Assembly (NCBI GenBank): GCA_032718475.1
Contig: JAUCBJ010006786.1
Location: 1 to 48,970, forward strand
Direction of reading: 5' to 3'
From: Nemertoderma westbladi
Lineage: Eukaryota > Animalia > Xenacoelomorpha
DNA: 48,970 nt
Shown here: positions 46,933 through 48,970 of the stretch, piece by piece
How positions within the stretch are numbered: the stretch's first letter is position 1
Layout: every line of letters begins with the position of its first letter
Translations under genes and position numbers: made by a program
Notes under the pieces: generated by a model
Told to the model about the DNA's origin: nothing
What the model saw: only the letters and a program-made list of their open reading frames with translations
Databases searched by the model: none

Positions 46933-47341
46933 CAGTTAGGAACACTGGTCACTTTCTGGCTGGAGCTCAGCCAAAAAAGTTCCACATATTTATAGTCAGA
47001 AAGTGTCCGTACAACCACTTTTTGTCCGTCACAGGCTGCGATTATATTTCTGGACATATTTTGGCTGTAACTCCACTAGTCCTCAAAGCAGAAGCCGGAA
47101 ACATTTTGGCTGTAATTCAAGTTTTAGGACATAATACTGTAATATGATCGTATTTCATTTTAATATTAATTTATTATTATTTTTTTTATATATATATACG
47201 GTAGTTATCCCAACGATGATATTCTAATTCTCAAACTAATTTATACAGAATTTTATGGCAATCCTAATTGCATAATTTTTAGAATGCCAATGTAAAAATT
47301 TCACTGCAAAAGGGAAAAATTGTGACCAGTGTTCCTGACAG
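46933..47341. mobile_element. MITE upstream of SGTA
   Basis: TIRs CAGTTAGGAACACTGGTCAC / GTGACCAGTGTTCCTGACAG. Confidence 0.65.
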
Positions 47342-47899
47342 TACCGGTATTTATTTATATTTACTGAACTACCGGTATAGGCCCTACCTATTTACATAGG
47401 CGGATATATGCCTACGTCAAATTTTACGGGTAACAGGCAAACGTAATCAGGGTCGAATGTAACAGCTTTTTCCATTTGCTATGTCATTTAATTTTCAAGT
47501 TTATATAAAAAATTGCATTGCACAAGTACACTGAAATAAATTTTTCTTTTAAATTTCACGAATTTCCCAACACCACATTATCATTAATACGAATTGGGAA
47601 ATAATATAGTTGCCCAACAATAGAGCAAACACTGCTGCCACTGCTGCTGGCTCCAGTACAACCTTACAATGTATCAGGCTGGCTATCAGCGTTGCTCAGC
47701 CTGATAGATGCACAAAAAGTGTTTAAAATTTAAAATCCAATTTAAAATAATTTAAACTATCTAGCAGTCTAGCTAGATATAGTTAAGAGTAAAATGAAAA
47801 CCAATGTAAAGTAAAATATTGAGTTATTGCTAGGTATCTGTCAGTCTGTGCACTTATGATATATCGCGAGTTCTATTTGGGTAGGCCTATTAGTTATTT

Positions 47900-48165
47900 C
47901 TTAGTTCCGGTCCCGAGTAGTTATGGTTGGTGGGGGGCCAGTCGGGGTGGAGAGGGTGGGCGGATTGTCTCCATTGTGGTCTTCCAGCCATGGCGCATCT
48001 CTGCCTTGCATCCTAAGTGGTAGCTAAATGAGTAGGGCCCTACTGGAGTTTCCTCTGGGGAGTAAAGTTCTGGGGGGACCGCACTGGAAATAAGTCGTCA
48101 GACTTTGTGCGTAATCCCTGGCCTAGCGGCCGAGGAAAATTTACTTTTTGGCTTTACTTTACTTC
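47900..48165 (+). mobile_element. SINE-like fragment
   Basis: Core-like GCCTTGCATCCT...GGTAGCTAAATGAGTA, LINE-like 3' tail GCACTGGAAATAAG..., and (TTTAC)n end. Confidence 0.5.
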
Positions 48166-48199
48166 CAGGATCCCTTGCATGTATGGAGTAGATCAGTCT

Positions 48200-48970
48200 C
48201 AGCTAGGTAAAATACTTTGAGTGATGGCGACATTACGGGTACAATACATTATATTGGGAAGGTAGTTCCAGGTATGGATATGACGGACAGTGAAATGATG
48301 CTGGCGAATAGCAACATTTGATCGGGTCGGGGTCGCTCTATTTTCTGGTGTCCTCCTGTTCTTGAATTAGAAGCGACGTGGAAGTAAACTTTATCTGACT
48401 GACCACTTCGAATAATTTTATACATTTCAGTGAGGTCGATTTTGACCCTACGCTCTTCAAGAGATTTGCAATTCAATTTAGTTAGTCTACCAGAATAGGT
48501 TAAACAAGAGAGCCCAGCCCAGCAACCACCTGGTAAACTCTCTTTGAACCCGCTCTAATCTGTTTCTATCTTTGTCAAGCATTGGAGACCAAATTGTCCA
48601 AAATGAGCTATTATATTCGAGGATGGGTCGAACAAAACAGATTGAATTGAAACTGCTGATGGCTACTGCGGTGGCCAAAGCACATCTGATTTGTTTGAGA
48701 GCTTGATTTTCTTGCCTTGGCGCAGCGCAGATGAAATTCGACATGTTCACTTTCACTAAACAGTAAATCCTTTGAAATTATAATTCCAAGCTCTTTGTTA
48801 CACTCATTAGCTTTCAGCGGAGTTCCATTCATATTATAAGTGTGAATTACTGTAGTGGAAGAGTTGGGGGCCATAGTCAGATAGTCCTATATACTGATAT
48901 AAGTGAAACTAGACAGCACTTTTTAACATTAAACTCCATACTGCCATATTCCCATCAGAAGCCCACCTAT
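48200..48970 (-). mobile_element. CR1/L2-clade LINE RT C-terminal fragment, frameshifted
   Basis: KELGIIISKDLLFS, FVRPILEY...WSP...LERVQREFTR, SLEERR...DL..MYKII across three frames. Confidence 0.85.

Overview
AT-rich, repeat-dense animal (invertebrate-like) genomic DNA. The first 27 kb is a nest of transposons. A foldback-type Mutator (MULE) element (1866-27427; 9-bp TSD; TIRs built from 13-bp tandem repeats) has its transposase split by two insertions. One is a THAP/P-type DNA transposon (20040-25100; 7-bp TSD) with an RTE-like LINE fragment in its intron. The other is a 15.3-kb BEL/Pao LTR element (2899-18218; 5-bp TSD), the most unusual object in the window. Its Gag-protease ORF is intact but has lost RT and integrase through two frame-preserving deletions. 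It carries a ~1,400-codon extra ORF (one in-frame TGA) with a DEDDy-type 3'-5' exonuclease and Zn knuckles. It has no tRNA-type PBS; the 13 nt after the 5' LTR are instead complementary to the LTR itself, suggesting self-priming or circularisation. Its 3' end is chimeric. Further right are an unknown Gly/Lys-rich, repeat-containing, multi-TM gene apparently split by a second transposon nest (which includes a solo LTR and a 37-bp satellite), a Helentron/DINE-like repeat with ~146-bp units, a selenocysteine tRNA gene, a Penelope GIY-YIG fragment, a minisatellite, an intronless SGTA gene, a SINE and a CR1/L2 fragment. Family assignments come from motif recognition by eye, not database searches.
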